From assembly GCA_963668315.1 (NCBI GenBank), contig OY764216.1:2656001-2720000 (forward strand): a DNA stretch of 64,000 nt. The letters are read 5' to 3'. The notes under the pieces are model-generated. The model did not search any database and was not told where the DNA came from. It worked only from the letters and a program-made list of their open reading frames with translations. Origin of the DNA: Spirochaetia bacterium (GTDB taxonomy: Bacteria; Spirochaetota; Spirochaetia; DSM-2461). Numbering within the stretch: the stretch's first letter is position 1; each line of letters starts with the position of its first letter. Both the position numbers and the translations under genes were made by a program. This document shows positions 54,801-64,000 of the stretch, one piece after another.

Positions 54801-55681
54801 AGCAGCTTGGGAAGACTTACCAGGAAGGGCAGAGCCATCCACAGGGAAAAGAGGATAAGGAATGAATAGCTGATACCTTCCAGAATATGGGAAATCAGGG
54901 TTACTGTCTTTTCCTTCCCCTGAAAACGCCTGAAAAGGGATTCTCTGCCTCCCCAGGCAAGGTATCCGATGAGGGAAATGGTAATGCCCATTCCCAGCGA
55001 AAGGCTCCCTACCGTAAGGATCCCGAGGGGAAACAGCTCAAGGCTCAGAGAGAAAATCAGGATCATTATCGCCGCTGGACAGGGGAAGATACTGGTAAGT
55101 GCGATTGTTCCGTAGAGGCTTCTGTTTTTTCCTTGTTGCTCCTCCTTGTGTCCGGCTAATTCCACGATCATAAGAACGGCCGCCAAAAGCGCGAGAAGAA
55201 GGTAGGTAAAGCCTTCCAGGTAAATGGCTGTCAGGTTTACTTTGTCAATCAATAGCCTGTTGGAGAGGGAACGGAAACATAGAATGATAAAGACGGCGCT
55301 CATCCCATGGAGAAGGGCCGAGAGAAATCCGGCGAGAAGGGGTTCGTGGAAACGGGCTTTCCGGGCGATGAAAAGGGAGAACATGACCGTTTTTCTGTGC
55401 CCCGGCCCCAGCGCGTGAAGGACGCCGTAGATAAAACCCGCCGCCGCAAGGGATAGTATGGCTCCGGCGCGCTTCTCATCCCGCCAGGCGGCAAAGAAAT
55501 CGGCTATGGCCTCTCTGAAACGCAGCTGGGCGTCTATCAGTCCGGCGGAAGCGCTGAATGCGGGAGGGCGGACCGATTCGGGCCGTTTTTCATCATGGGG
55601 CTTGATAAAGGGATTGGCGAAAAGAGCGGCCGCTTCCAAAACAAGTATCAGAAGAATAAAGCCGATTTTAGAATTGAACAT
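54797..55681 (-). CDS. HoxN/NicO/RcnA-family nickel-cobalt transporter
   Basis: YGVLHALGPGHRK, PCPAA. Confidence 0.85.
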   Translation of the reverse strand: MFNSKIGFILLILVLEAAALFANPFIKPHDEKRPESVRPPAFSASAGLIDAQLRFREAIADFFAAWRDEKRAGAILSLAAAGFIYGVLHALGPGHRKTVMFSLFIARKARFHEPLLAGFLSALLHGMSAVFIILCFRSLSNRLLIDKVNLTAIYLEGFTYLLLALLAAVLMIVELAGHKEEQQGKNRSLYGTIALTSIFPCPAAIMILIFSLSLELFPLGILTVGSLSLGMGITISLIGYLAWGGRESLFRRFQGKEKTVTLISHILEGISYSFLILFSLWMALPFLVSLPKLL

Positions 55682-56321
55682 GAATCTCCTCGGGTATGAA
55701 TGTCTGCAGACCCGGTTTCCAACTATCGTATGTGGTCAGATCGCTGGCGGGGGCGCTCGGATCGTAATAGACGGGATAATCTTCGTTTTTTTCCACAGAG
55801 ACTGTTACATCCGGTATTTCCGTACCTTCCGTGTGGAAAAAGTCCTCCGTAGTGGAATTCATAGGGTCTTCCTCGTTAAGCCGGCAGGCGCAGAAGAAGG
55901 ATGAGTCGTAAATGGCTATATAAAAATCCCGGGAAGTAAATGATTCGAGGGGAATGTAAAAGCGGAAAAAGAGGATTTCATTACCTTTGCACCAGGCGCT
56001 GAAGTCTTCCACATGATCGGGTAGAATCCGCTTGCTGCCTATTCGGATAAAAGTAAAATAGTTAAAATCGGCAAAATTGGAGAAAACGTTTTCATAGAGG
56101 TATTCCGATTCCCGCTCATCGAAAACCCCGTTTCTATCTTCGTCATAACCCCAGATTACTTCACCCGAAAAAAAACGGTCAAATTCAAATTGAACCCAGA
56201 TGCCCCCTACCTGACCGTTAGTGAAATCAAGTGTGCTCTGCGTATGAACGAGCATATGGGGATGGGCGGAGAGGGGAAGGGCAAATATAAAAGAAACAAT
56301 AATTATTTTTAACAGTTTCAT
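55668..56321 (-). CDS. DUF1007-family exported protein
   Basis: Signal peptide then AHPHM; FD.FFS; YDSSFF; overlaps the transporter gene. Confidence 0.82.
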   Translation of the reverse strand: MKLLKIIIVSFIFALPLSAHPHMLVHTQSTLDFTNGQVGGIWVQFEFDRFFSGEVIWGYDEDRNGVFDERESEYLYENVFSNFADFNYFTFIRIGSKRILPDHVEDFSAWCKGNEILFFRFYIPLESFTSRDFYIAIYDSSFFCACRLNEEDPMNSTTEDFFHTEGTEIPDVTVSVEKNEDYPVYYDPSAPASDLTTYDSWKPGLQTFIPEEIHVQF

Positions 56322-56413
56322 AAAGGGGTATTTTCGCCTTTTGAATTATAATAGTCAATATGGAAAGGTGGGTATCTAAGTGGAAGTATATAATATTCGC
56401 ATAAAATATTAAA

Positions 56414-56468
56414 ATTAGTTAAAACTACTATTGACTTGGAAGGTGTAATAATGTTATTGATTACTAAC
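56414..56468. promoter_or_regulatory. two DtxR/MntR-like boxes flanking the feoA -35
   Basis: ATTAGTTAAAACTACT 56414-56429 and GTTATTGATTACTAAC 56453-56468; TTGACT at 56431. Confidence 0.5.
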
Positions 56469-56494
56469 GATATTCCCACAGGAGAGGTGCAGTC

Positions 56495-56737
56495 ATGAAT
56501 CTGAGCAAAGGTGAAAAGAACGTTACCTATGTAGTCGATGAGATCAAAGCCAAAGAGGATGGTATGCGGGAATTTTTATTTACCCTCGGCTGCTATCCCG
56601 GAGAGAGCATAACAGTGCTGTCTCACATCTCTTCAAATTATGTCATCAATGTTAAAAATGCCAGATATAGTATTGATGATTCTCTCGCAAAAGCCATCCT
56701 GGTAAGAGAAGGGGATGACTTGAGAAAAATCGTCTAG
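56495..56737 (+). CDS. feoA: ferrous iron transport protein A
   Basis: FL.TLG..PG..I.V SH3-like pattern; upstream of feoB. Confidence 0.9.
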   Translation: MNLSKGEKNVTYVVDEIKAKEDGMREFLFTLGCYPGESITVLSHISSNYVINVKNARYSIDDSLAKAILVREGDDLRKIV

Positions 56738-56806
56738 TTCATAGGCTTTTTTTTAATCCCAAAGTTAGGTACGCATAATAATATTATATAGAGATAAGGA
56801 GATACA

Positions 56807-58816
56807 ATGAAAATTGCATTGACCGGAAATCCTAATAGTGGTAAAACGACTCTGTTTAACGCTATCACGGGGAAAATCGAGCATGTGGGCAACTGGCCCG
56901 GTGTAACCGTTGAGAAGAAGGAGGGTATCGTCAGGAATTCCCTCTCCAGGGGAAGCGGGGAAAAGATCACTGTTATAGATCTTCCCGGAGCCTATTCCAT
57001 GTCTCCCTATACGAGCGAAGAGTCCATCACGAAGGAATTCGTGGAAAATGAATCGCCCGATGTCATCGTTAATATAGTTGATGCCAATAGTCTGAGCCGC
57101 AGCCTGTTTTTTACTACCCAACTCATGGAATTGGGCATACCAGTAGTAGTGGCCCTTAACAAGAGCGATATGAATGAAAAAAACGAGATATCCATAGATT
57201 CAGGTCTGCTGGGAGAGTCTCTGCAGTGTCCGGTTGTCAAAACTATCGCCACGAAAAATAACGACAAGGGATTGTCCGAACTGATCAACTCCGCCGTCAA
57301 GGTTTATAAGAGCGGCAGAAGCCAGCAGGCGGTCTTTGCTGCGCCAAAGAAAAAGATCTCTTCCAAGGAGGATATGGAGAAAGAGGACAAAAAGCGATTT
57401 GCCTTTGTTGACGCCATTGTTTCCCAGGTTGAACGGCGCAAACTGGACTCGGCGGCACAGACGGCTCAGGACAGGGCGGACAGAATCATCGCCCATAAAT
57501 GGCTGGGACTTCCCATTTTCGCCGTGATCATATGGTTTGTATTTTCCGTTTCCCAGTCCTGGGTGGGCCCTTGGCTGGCCGATATCCTCGTAGGCTGGAT
57601 TGACGGTTTCTACGGCCTCGTAGAGGGATTACTGGGAGATCGGGTAAACAGCGTGCTCAGTTCCCTTCTCCTGGACGGTATCATAGGAGGAGTCGGCGCC
57701 GTCGTCGGTTTCCTTCCCCTTATCATGGTTCTTTTCTTTATGCTGGCCCTTCTGGAAGACTCCGGCTATATGGCCCGCGTCGCCGTCATCATGGACCGCT
57801 TCTTCAAAAAAATCGGCCTGTCGGGAAAATCGATTATCCCCATGATAGTCAGCACGGGATGCGCCATTCCGGGCATCATGGCCACAAGGACCATACGCAA
57901 CGAGAGACAGAGAAGGACAACGGCTATGCTGACTCCTTTCATGCCTTGCGGTGCCAAACTGCCGATAATCGCCCTGTTCGCCGGTGTCTTCTTCAATGAC
58001 AACGCCTGGGTGGGAACGGCTATGTACTTCCTGGCAATCGGCATGATTATTCTCAGCGGACTTGTCATAAGGAAAATCACAGGGGATACCTCGCAATCCT
58101 ACTTTATCATGGAACTTCCCGAGTATCGCTTCCCCAGTTTGAAAAGGGCCGCCGTTTCCATGTTCAGCAGGGCCAAGGCGTTTATCATCAAGGCGGGTAC
58201 AATCATTCTGGTTTGCAATGCCGTCGTTCAGATACTTCAGACATTTAGCTGGCAGTTCAGCGTCGTTCCGGAAAGCATGCCCGAATCTAGTATCCTCGCC
58301 TCTTTGGCTTCACCTCTGGCCGTGCTGTTCATCCCTCTGGGATTCGGCGTATGGCAGTTCGCGGCCGCCGCCATAACCGGATTCATAGCCAAAGAAAATG
58401 TCGTCGGAACCCTGGCTGTAACTTTCTCCATTACCAATTTCATCGATGTAGAAGAGCTGGCCCTGGTTTCGGGAAGCGCCGAGGTAATGGGTATTTTCGG
58501 AATCGGAGCCGTAGCCGCTCTCTCATATCTGGTATTCAATCTGTTCACTCCTCCCTGCTTCGCCGCTATAGGATCTATGAATTCCGAGATGGAGTCTCCC
58601 AAGTGGCTATGGGGAGCTATCGGGTTTCAGCTGGGCATGGGATATACGATTTCTTTTCTGGTATATCAGTTCGGCACACTCTTTACCACCGGTGCTTTCG
58701 GAGCAGGTTTTCTGCCAGGCTTAATCGCCGTAGCTGCCATGGTTGGGGTGGTTTTCTTCCTCTCTAGCAGAACGAAAGGGGAATCGGCGGTCTTGGCCGT
58801 ACCCCAGGGGGCTTAA
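56807..58816 (+). CDS. feoB: ferrous iron transport protein B
   Basis: GNPNSGKTT, VGNWPGVTVEKK, DLPG, NKSD, PFMPCGAKLP, MELP.Y, PCFA. Confidence 0.97.
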   Translation: MKIALTGNPNSGKTTLFNAITGKIEHVGNWPGVTVEKKEGIVRNSLSRGSGEKITVIDLPGAYSMSPYTSEESITKEFVENESPDVIVNIVDANSLSRSLFFTTQLMELGIPVVVALNKSDMNEKNEISIDSGLLGESLQCPVVKTIATKNNDKGLSELINSAVKVYKSGRSQQAVFAAPKKKISSKEDMEKEDKKRFAFVDAIVSQVERRKLDSAAQTAQDRADRIIAHKWLGLPIFAVIIWFVFSVSQSWVGPWLADILVGWIDGFYGLVEGLLGDRVNSVLSSLLLDGIIGGVGAVVGFLPLIMVLFFMLALLEDSGYMARVAVIMDRFFKKIGLSGKSIIPMIVSTGCAIPGIMATRTIRNERQRRTTAMLTPFMPCGAKLPIIALFAGVFFNDNAWVGTAMYFLAIGMIILSGLVIRKITGDTSQSYFIMELPEYRFPSLKRAAVSMFSRAKAFIIKAGTIILVCNAVVQILQTFSWQFSVVPESMPESSILASLASPLAVLFIPLGFGVWQFAAAAITGFIAKENVVGTLAVTFSITNFIDVEELALVSGSAEVMGIFGIGAVAALSYLVFNLFTPPCFAAIGSMNSEMESPKWLWGAIGFQLGMGYTISFLVYQFGTLFTTGAFGAGFLPGLIAVAAMVGVVFFLSSRTKGESAVLAVPQGA

Positions 58817-58818
58817 GT

Positions 58819-58968
58819 ATGAATATTGCCGATATTGTGGTATCCCTTCTTCTTCTGGCCACCCTGTCGCTGGCCGTAGGGAAAATCATCCGGGATAAAA
58901 GAGCGGGTAAAGCCTGTTCCGGCTGCTCCGGCTGTCCCGTGAAAGGCAGCTGCGAATCCGCAAAGTAA
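58819..58968 (+). CDS. FeoB-associated Cys-rich small membrane protein (49 aa)
   Basis: MNIADIVVSLLLLATLSLAVGKIIRDKRAGKACSGCSGCPVKGSCESAK; 2 bp after feoB; absent from the ORF track. Confidence 0.88.
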   Translation: MNIADIVVSLLLLATLSLAVGKIIRDKRAGKACSGCSGCPVKGSCESAK

Positions 58969-58976
58969 GAAATAAC

Positions 58977-59012
58977 GGGCATGGGCTGTTTATCCGCAGG
59001 TCATGCCCTTTT
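58977..59012 (+). terminator. terminator after the feo operon
   Basis: GGGCATG...CATGCCC-TTTT. Confidence 0.65.
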
Positions 59013-59015
59013 CCG

Positions 59016-60791
59016 TCATATTACCTTTCTGTACTGTGCTTCATGCAGGTTATGATAGAGTCCCTTTTTCTTAATCAGCTCGTCATGGCTGCCCTGTTCG
59101 GCGACCCGTCCGTCCTGTATGACGAAGATGCGGTCCGCGTGACGGATGGTGCTGAGCCGGTGGGCAATGACGAAGCTTGTCCGGTTTTTCAGCACCGCAT
59201 CCACCGCTTTCTGCAGCAGCTTTTCCGTATGGGTATCTATGCTCGATGTCGCTTCATCCAGGATCAGAATCCGGGGATCGTAGAGAAGGGTACGGGCAAA
59301 GGCAAGCAGTTGTTTCTGTCCTACCGAAAGCCGGCTGCCCCCTTCCTTGACTTCCGTATCATAGCCGTTCTCCATCTGGCTGATGAAGTCATGGGCGTGA
59401 ACCGCTTTGGCCGCACGGATAATTTCCCCGTCCGTGGCGTCCAGTTTTCCGTAGCGGATATTGTCCTTTACCGTCCCGGAGAAGATGAAGGAGTCCTGCA
59501 TCATGATTCCCACCTGGCTTCTCAGGCTGCTCTGGGTCACATCGCGGATATCGAAACCGTCCAGGGTCAGGGAGCCTTCCTGAATGTCGTAGAAGCGATT
59601 AATCAGATTGATAATGGTGCTCTTGCCCGCACCGGTTTCACCCACCAGGGCAATCGTCTCGCCCGCCTCAACCTGGAAATGCATATCCTTCAGAACGGGA
59701 TTATCCTCTTCATACCGGAAGTGTACATGATTAAAGGCCACATCGCCCTTCAAGGGAGGAAGCTCAGCGGCGTTTTCCCTGTCCACAATCTCAGGTTCCG
59801 TATCGAGAAGATCATAGACCCGTTCGGCCCCCGAGAGGGCAACCAGAATCTCATTGAAGAAATTACTCAGATTGATGATGGGATCGGTCACCATCCAGAG
59901 GTACTGGGTAAAGGCGATCAACGTGCCCAGGGTGATCATATCCCACTGAAGATAGCGGTAACCCAGGAGATAGACAGCACTGACCCCGATGTTGTTCAGA
60001 ATCAGCACCACCGGGAAAAGGGAGACGGACAGTTTGACGGCTTTCATCCAGGAGTCGTAATTTTCCTGCAGCTGCTCTTCCATGATCCGGCTGTTTTTCT
60101 CCTCCCGGACGAAGGACTGGGTCACCTGGATCCCGGTGATGCTTTCGTTGATCCAGGCATTCAGATTGGAGCCCTTCTTCTGGACCGACTGCCAGGCATG
60201 GCGTATCGGTTTTTTAACGGCCATCACGAAAAGCACGAGAAGGGGAGTCATGCACAGGGCGACAAGGGCCAAGCGTGAATCGACCACAAACATCACCACG
60301 AAGAGAATGACCAGCTTCAGAAGGTCGGTAATCATATTGACGATGCCGTGTTTGACCATCTGCTGTATCCTGTCGACGTTGCTCATGACCCGGGTGATAA
60401 TCTTGCCCACAGGCCTCTCGTCAAAAAAACGGAAGGAGAGGGTGTTGATATGGATGAAAGCCTGTCTCCTCAGGCGCTGTATGAAATCGTTCCCCATGCG
60501 CACCATAAGAAGGAGCCGGTAGCGCAGGCAGAGGCTGTTGGCCAGCATGAGAACCAGATAGACAATGGATATGCGGATGAGTCCGGAGACATCGCCGTTC
60601 TTCATATACACATCGATGGCGATTTTCGTCAGCCAGGGACCGATGAGTCCCGCCCCCGCCGCCACGAACATCAGAAGGAGGGAGAGGATGATCGTCAGCC
60701 TGTACCGTCCCAGGGAACCGAGAAGTCTTTTAAGGGTATGGGTATTTATCGTATCCAGCTCTTCGTCTTCGAAGTATCGGTTCTTAGCCAT
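59016..60791 (-). CDS. ABC exporter, TMD-NBD half (heterodimer partner)
   Basis: GETGAGKS, LSVGQKQ, LDEATS, AHR. Confidence 0.95.
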   Translation of the reverse strand: MAKNRYFEDEELDTINTHTLKRLLGSLGRYRLTIILSLLLMFVAAGAGLIGPWLTKIAIDVYMKNGDVSGLIRISIVYLVLMLANSLCLRYRLLLMVRMGNDFIQRLRRQAFIHINTLSFRFFDERPVGKIITRVMSNVDRIQQMVKHGIVNMITDLLKLVILFVVMFVVDSRLALVALCMTPLLVLFVMAVKKPIRHAWQSVQKKGSNLNAWINESITGIQVTQSFVREEKNSRIMEEQLQENYDSWMKAVKLSVSLFPVVLILNNIGVSAVYLLGYRYLQWDMITLGTLIAFTQYLWMVTDPIINLSNFFNEILVALSGAERVYDLLDTEPEIVDRENAAELPPLKGDVAFNHVHFRYEEDNPVLKDMHFQVEAGETIALVGETGAGKSTIINLINRFYDIQEGSLTLDGFDIRDVTQSSLRSQVGIMMQDSFIFSGTVKDNIRYGKLDATDGEIIRAAKAVHAHDFISQMENGYDTEVKEGGSRLSVGQKQLLAFARTLLYDPRILILDEATSSIDTHTEKLLQKAVDAVLKNRTSFVIAHRLSTIRHADRIFVIQDGRVAEQGSHDELIKKKGLYHNLHEAQYRKVI

Positions 60792-62553
60792 TGATCACCT
60801 CCTTAAGCCCCCGTGTGCCGTACTGGGTCACATAGGTGTCGTAGTAAATGCCCTTGAGAGCCAGGAGTTCGCTATGGGTCCCCCGTTCGGCAATGCGCCC
60901 TCCGTCCAGGACGATTATCTCATCGGCATTGATGACCGAGCTGATGCGGTGGGCTATGATGAAAGTGGTCGTATCCTTCTCCTCGTGGCGGAGCGATTCC
61001 TGAATCAGCTCTTCCGTCTCCATGTCGACGGCCGATGTGGAATCATCGAGGATCAGTACGGGGGCTTCCTTGATCAGGGCCCTGGCAATGGAGGCTCTCT
61101 GCTTCTGGCCGCCCGAAAGCCCCATGCCCCTTTCCCCCACGATCGTGTCGTAACTGTCGGTCATGCCCGCTATGAATCCGTGGGCATGGCTTCGCCGAGC
61201 GGAACGGCGTATATCCTGCATACTCGCGTCTTCCCGGCCGTAGCTGATGTTGTTGGAGATCGTTTCGGAAAAGAGAAAGGGTTCCTGCATCACCATGGCC
61301 ACATGGCTGCGCAGAGTGGTCAGTTCCATTTCCCTGACATTGATGCCGTCAACGAGGACCTCCCCTTCGGTAGGATCGTAAAAGCGGCTTATCAGGTTCA
61401 CCAGTGAACTTTTCCCCGAACCGGTGGCCCCCATGAGAGCGATGACGCTTCCCGGGGGAGCCTTCAGACTGATATCGTCAAGGATCTTCTGGCCGTTCCG
61501 CTCCCATGTGACATGGCGGAACTCCACCTGTCCGAGAATCTTTTCGGGTTTGCGCGGATTCCTTATATTGCGTATGTCCGAACCTGTCTCCAGAATAGAG
61601 AAGACCCGGTCCGCCGAGGCGGAGGCCATGGAAAAGGCGTTGATCACTTCCCCCGTCATTCTCATGGGCATGATGAGCATCCAGAGGTATCCGGAAAACT
61701 GCACCCACAGCCCCAGGGTTATGGTCCCGTTTATGACCATGATTCCCCCGAAGAGTATCAATACCACCGTGCTGATGCTGCTCAGGAATTCCAGGATGGG
61801 CATCATGATGGCCCAGGCTTTCAGGGTATGGTTCCGGCAGCCGGTGAGTTTTTCATTCTCCCTGTCGAATTTTTCCCGTTCGAATTCCTGCCGGTTGAAG
61901 GTCTTGACGACCCTTATTCCCGATATATTCTCCTGGACCGTGGCATTCAGGGAGGAGTACTGCTTACGGGCGCTTTTAAAGCGGGGCCGGATATTCTTTG
62001 CCCCCCAGTAGGCGGTAATGCCGACAAACGGGACGGGCAGAGCGGCCATGAGGGCGAGGGTCAGATTCAGGCGGAAAAGTACAAAGGTTGTCAGAACAAT
62101 ATAAAAAATGCCGAAGCTGAGTTTGATGATTCCCTGGGCGAGAAGATCCCGTATCGCATCGATATCGGCGGTCATGCAGGCCATCAGCTCTCCGGTGCGG
62201 TTCTGGTGGAAGAAATCAAAACTGAGTTTCTGCAGATGGTCGTACAGGGTTTGCTTGAGATCCTTGACGACCTTCTGACCGAAGCTTTCCAGAAGGATAT
62301 TCCGCAGGAAAATGCTGATCGACCGGCAGACGACCGAAGCGAGCATAATCAGAATAAGAATCCTCAGAGAACGCCATCCCTCGTCAAAGTAGGCGGGGTC
62401 CAGTCTGTTCTCATTAAAGACAGTATCCACAATTCTCCGGGAAACGGCCGGAGGGACCAGGGCGCAGGCGACACCGGAAAGGGCCAGAATCACCCCGCCT
62501 GCCATGCGGGGATAGTGGGGCCTGGCAAAGACAAACAGCCTCTTCAAAGACAT
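60784..62553 (-). CDS. ABC exporter, TMD-NBD half (degenerate Walker B)
   Basis: GATGSGKS, LSGGQKQR, LDDSTS. Confidence 0.95.
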   Translation of the reverse strand: MSLKRLFVFARPHYPRMAGGVILALSGVACALVPPAVSRRIVDTVFNENRLDPAYFDEGWRSLRILILIMLASVVCRSISIFLRNILLESFGQKVVKDLKQTLYDHLQKLSFDFFHQNRTGELMACMTADIDAIRDLLAQGIIKLSFGIFYIVLTTFVLFRLNLTLALMAALPVPFVGITAYWGAKNIRPRFKSARKQYSSLNATVQENISGIRVVKTFNRQEFEREKFDRENEKLTGCRNHTLKAWAIMMPILEFLSSISTVVLILFGGIMVINGTITLGLWVQFSGYLWMLIMPMRMTGEVINAFSMASASADRVFSILETGSDIRNIRNPRKPEKILGQVEFRHVTWERNGQKILDDISLKAPPGSVIALMGATGSGKSSLVNLISRFYDPTEGEVLVDGINVREMELTTLRSHVAMVMQEPFLFSETISNNISYGREDASMQDIRRSARRSHAHGFIAGMTDSYDTIVGERGMGLSGGQKQRASIARALIKEAPVLILDDSTSAVDMETEELIQESLRHEEKDTTTFIIAHRISSVINADEIIVLDGGRIAERGTHSELLALKGIYYDTYVTQYGTRGLKEVING

Positions 62554-62619
62554 AAATAAACCTCTCTTCTCCAGTATATCGGAGAGGAGGAAAACTTTAT
62601 AACCACCGAAGGGGCGATT

Positions 62620-63453
62620 TCAGGTAAAAAAGTTAATACGCGAACGGACCGGCTGGGGAGAACGGACCATGATCATAGCCCCTTCCGACTCGAGGGCAAT
62701 TCTTTCCGAATAGGAGGGCTTCCCCCGCCGGAAAAGCCAGGGAACGATGAGTCCGATGGTAATCAGATCGAAATCCCGTGATTGGAGAATAGTCGTCTTC
62801 ACGGGTTTTTCGCTGTCCGAGGCGATCCCGTCCAGCTTGATATTGGGCGAGGTAATAACCTGGGTCAGCAGGAAATTGATGTGGTTGAGCTTGATGGGGG
62901 AGCGCTTGAAGTAGAGTATGGTAATTCTGCCGCCCTTTACGGGATCAAGCATCGATTCCGCTGCTTTCAACGCAAGTATATCGCTCTCCCGGACTCCTGT
63001 CAGAGGAACAAGAATCTGACGGGGTGCTTCCCGGGAAAGATGCTCCAGCCCCTTTCCGATTATGACGGAACAGGGCGATTTACGCAGAACCGGATCAAGA
63101 ACGCGTCCTTTCCGGCTGTTTCTTCTATGCTCGCCGTGCCAGCCGACGATAAGGCTCTGGGCTTTGCTTTCCCGGGCGGCTTCAACGATGCTCTTAGCGG
63201 GATTTTTCCCAATGAGTATTTTCCGGCTTACGGTGAAATTTTCCCTAAGCAGATCTTCGCTTTTCTGCAGATGGAGGGAGGCTTCTTCCTTTTCATCCTG
63301 CGAACCGATGAGCCGCATGAGAAGAAGTTTCTTTCCCTTTTCCCTGTTCATTCTGTTTGCCAGGTCTATGAGGTAGATGCTATTGTCCGGGTTGGCAAGG
63401 GGAAGCAGTACTTCCGTTTCCCTAATCTCGTTATTATTCACAAAAAACAGCAT
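62620..63453 (-). CDS. tandem universal stress protein (USP) domain protein
   Basis: LLPLANP, IVGWHG, G.V.D.VL..SPC.V; second USP-like half. True start may be GTG 63441. Confidence 0.8.
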   Translation of the reverse strand: MLFFVNNNEIRETEVLLPLANPDNSIYLIDLANRMNREKGKKLLLMRLIGSQDEKEEASLHLQKSEDLLRENFTVSRKILIGKNPAKSIVEAARESKAQSLIVGWHGEHRRNSRKGRVLDPVLRKSPCSVIIGKGLEHLSREAPRQILVPLTGVRESDILALKAAESMLDPVKGGRITILYFKRSPIKLNHINFLLTQVITSPNIKLDGIASDSEKPVKTTILQSRDFDLITIGLIVPWLFRRGKPSYSERIALESEGAMIMVRSPQPVRSRINFFT

Positions 63454-63523
63454 AATCCCCCTATAGGAACGATGTCAAGGAGCGAATCACAAGGCATGAA
63501 CCATATAGGGGATGGTCATTTTG

Positions 63524-63760
63524 TTATAGATCATACTTTTTGAGCAGCTCTTCAGCCATATGCCTGTCCGGCGCGCCGTCAGAAAAGAACTGAACATGGG
63601 TTGAATCGGAACCTTCGTGGGTTTTCTTAATATTTCCTATTGTATTATCGTATAGGAAATCCAGTGTGAAGACGTTCTTGAGACTGAAGTTGATGAAATT
63701 TTCCGTCTCCGAATCGAATTCATAACCGTTATTTTTTAAATAGTCGCTTTTCTCCTTCAT
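63524..63760 (-). CDS. hypothetical protein (78 aa)
   Basis: AGGAG RBS upstream; fills the gap between same-strand genes. Confidence 0.65.
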   Translation of the reverse strand: MKEKSDYLKNNGYEFDSETENFINFSLKNVFTLDFLYDNTIGNIKKTHEGSDSTHVQFFSDGAPDRHMAEELLKKYDL

Positions 63761-63819
63761 AGGACGCTCCTATCGTGATAATAATTAATTCTAATACCAC
63801 GAATAGGAGAGTGCAAGGT

Positions 63820-64000
63820 TTACTTGATCAATTCAGAAATTTCTTCCTTGTAGCGGTCATAGATCACCCGGCGGAGGAGTTCCATCTTCGAGGAAAGTTC
63901 CCGGCCGACTTCGAAGCTCTCATGGAGTACGGTGAATTTATAGATTCTTTCAAAGGGGGCAAAATGGTTTTTCTCTGAGACCAGCTGGGAGATTTCGCTG
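63820..64000 (-). CDS. 3' end of a second long-chain fatty acid-CoA ligase
   Basis: SEISQLVSEKNHFAPFERIYKFTVLHESFEVGRELSSKMELLRRVIYDRYKEEISELIK* aligns with the C-terminus of 36693-38576. Confidence 0.85.
   Translation of the reverse strand, partial: SEISQLVSEKNHFAPFERIYKFTVLHESFEVGRELSSKMELLRRVIYDRYKEEISELIK

Noticed and set aside
62574..62600. sigma28-like promoter TAAAG...TCCGATAT upstream of the ABC exporter
   Set aside because: Spacing is about 3 bp shorter than the canonical FliA consensus and there is no motility context.

Overview
Chromosomal segment of an anaerobic or aerotolerant spirochaete. The taxon is inferred from the murG-cvpA-holB-like-kinase-NtrC gene order, which matches the Borrelia hk2-rrp2 locus, and from spirochaete-style MCP and PilZ genes. 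It holds about 50 mostly housekeeping and metabolic genes: thrS, polB, katG, rubrerythrin, zupT, GH29 fucosidase, kbl-tdh, sahR-ahcY, ftsH, mutY, pta, feoAB and an ABC exporter pair. I saw no rRNA, tRNA, CRISPR array or integrase. Most notable observations: (1) the last 891 bp of polB occur twice as diverged, stop-free direct copies bracketing about 12 kb of oxidative-stress, cell-wall and signalling genes, with no recombinase; (2) a complete Thr (ACC) T-box riboswitch with an extra apical hairpin precedes thrS; (3) a 1452-aa gene has fused PlsA/PlsR (plasmalogen synthase) architecture and is coupled to a DUF362 Fe-S protein and an M28 peptidase; (4) a single-ORF IS1/IS1595-like element may have a non-canonical catalytic triad; (5) an L,D-transpeptidase/C39-like peptidase fusion sits beside a LysM amidase; (6) a tetraloop-rich structured region and a 102-bp tandem repeat follow ahcY; (7) many genes appear leaderless. 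All calls come from motif recognition by eye; no database searches were run.
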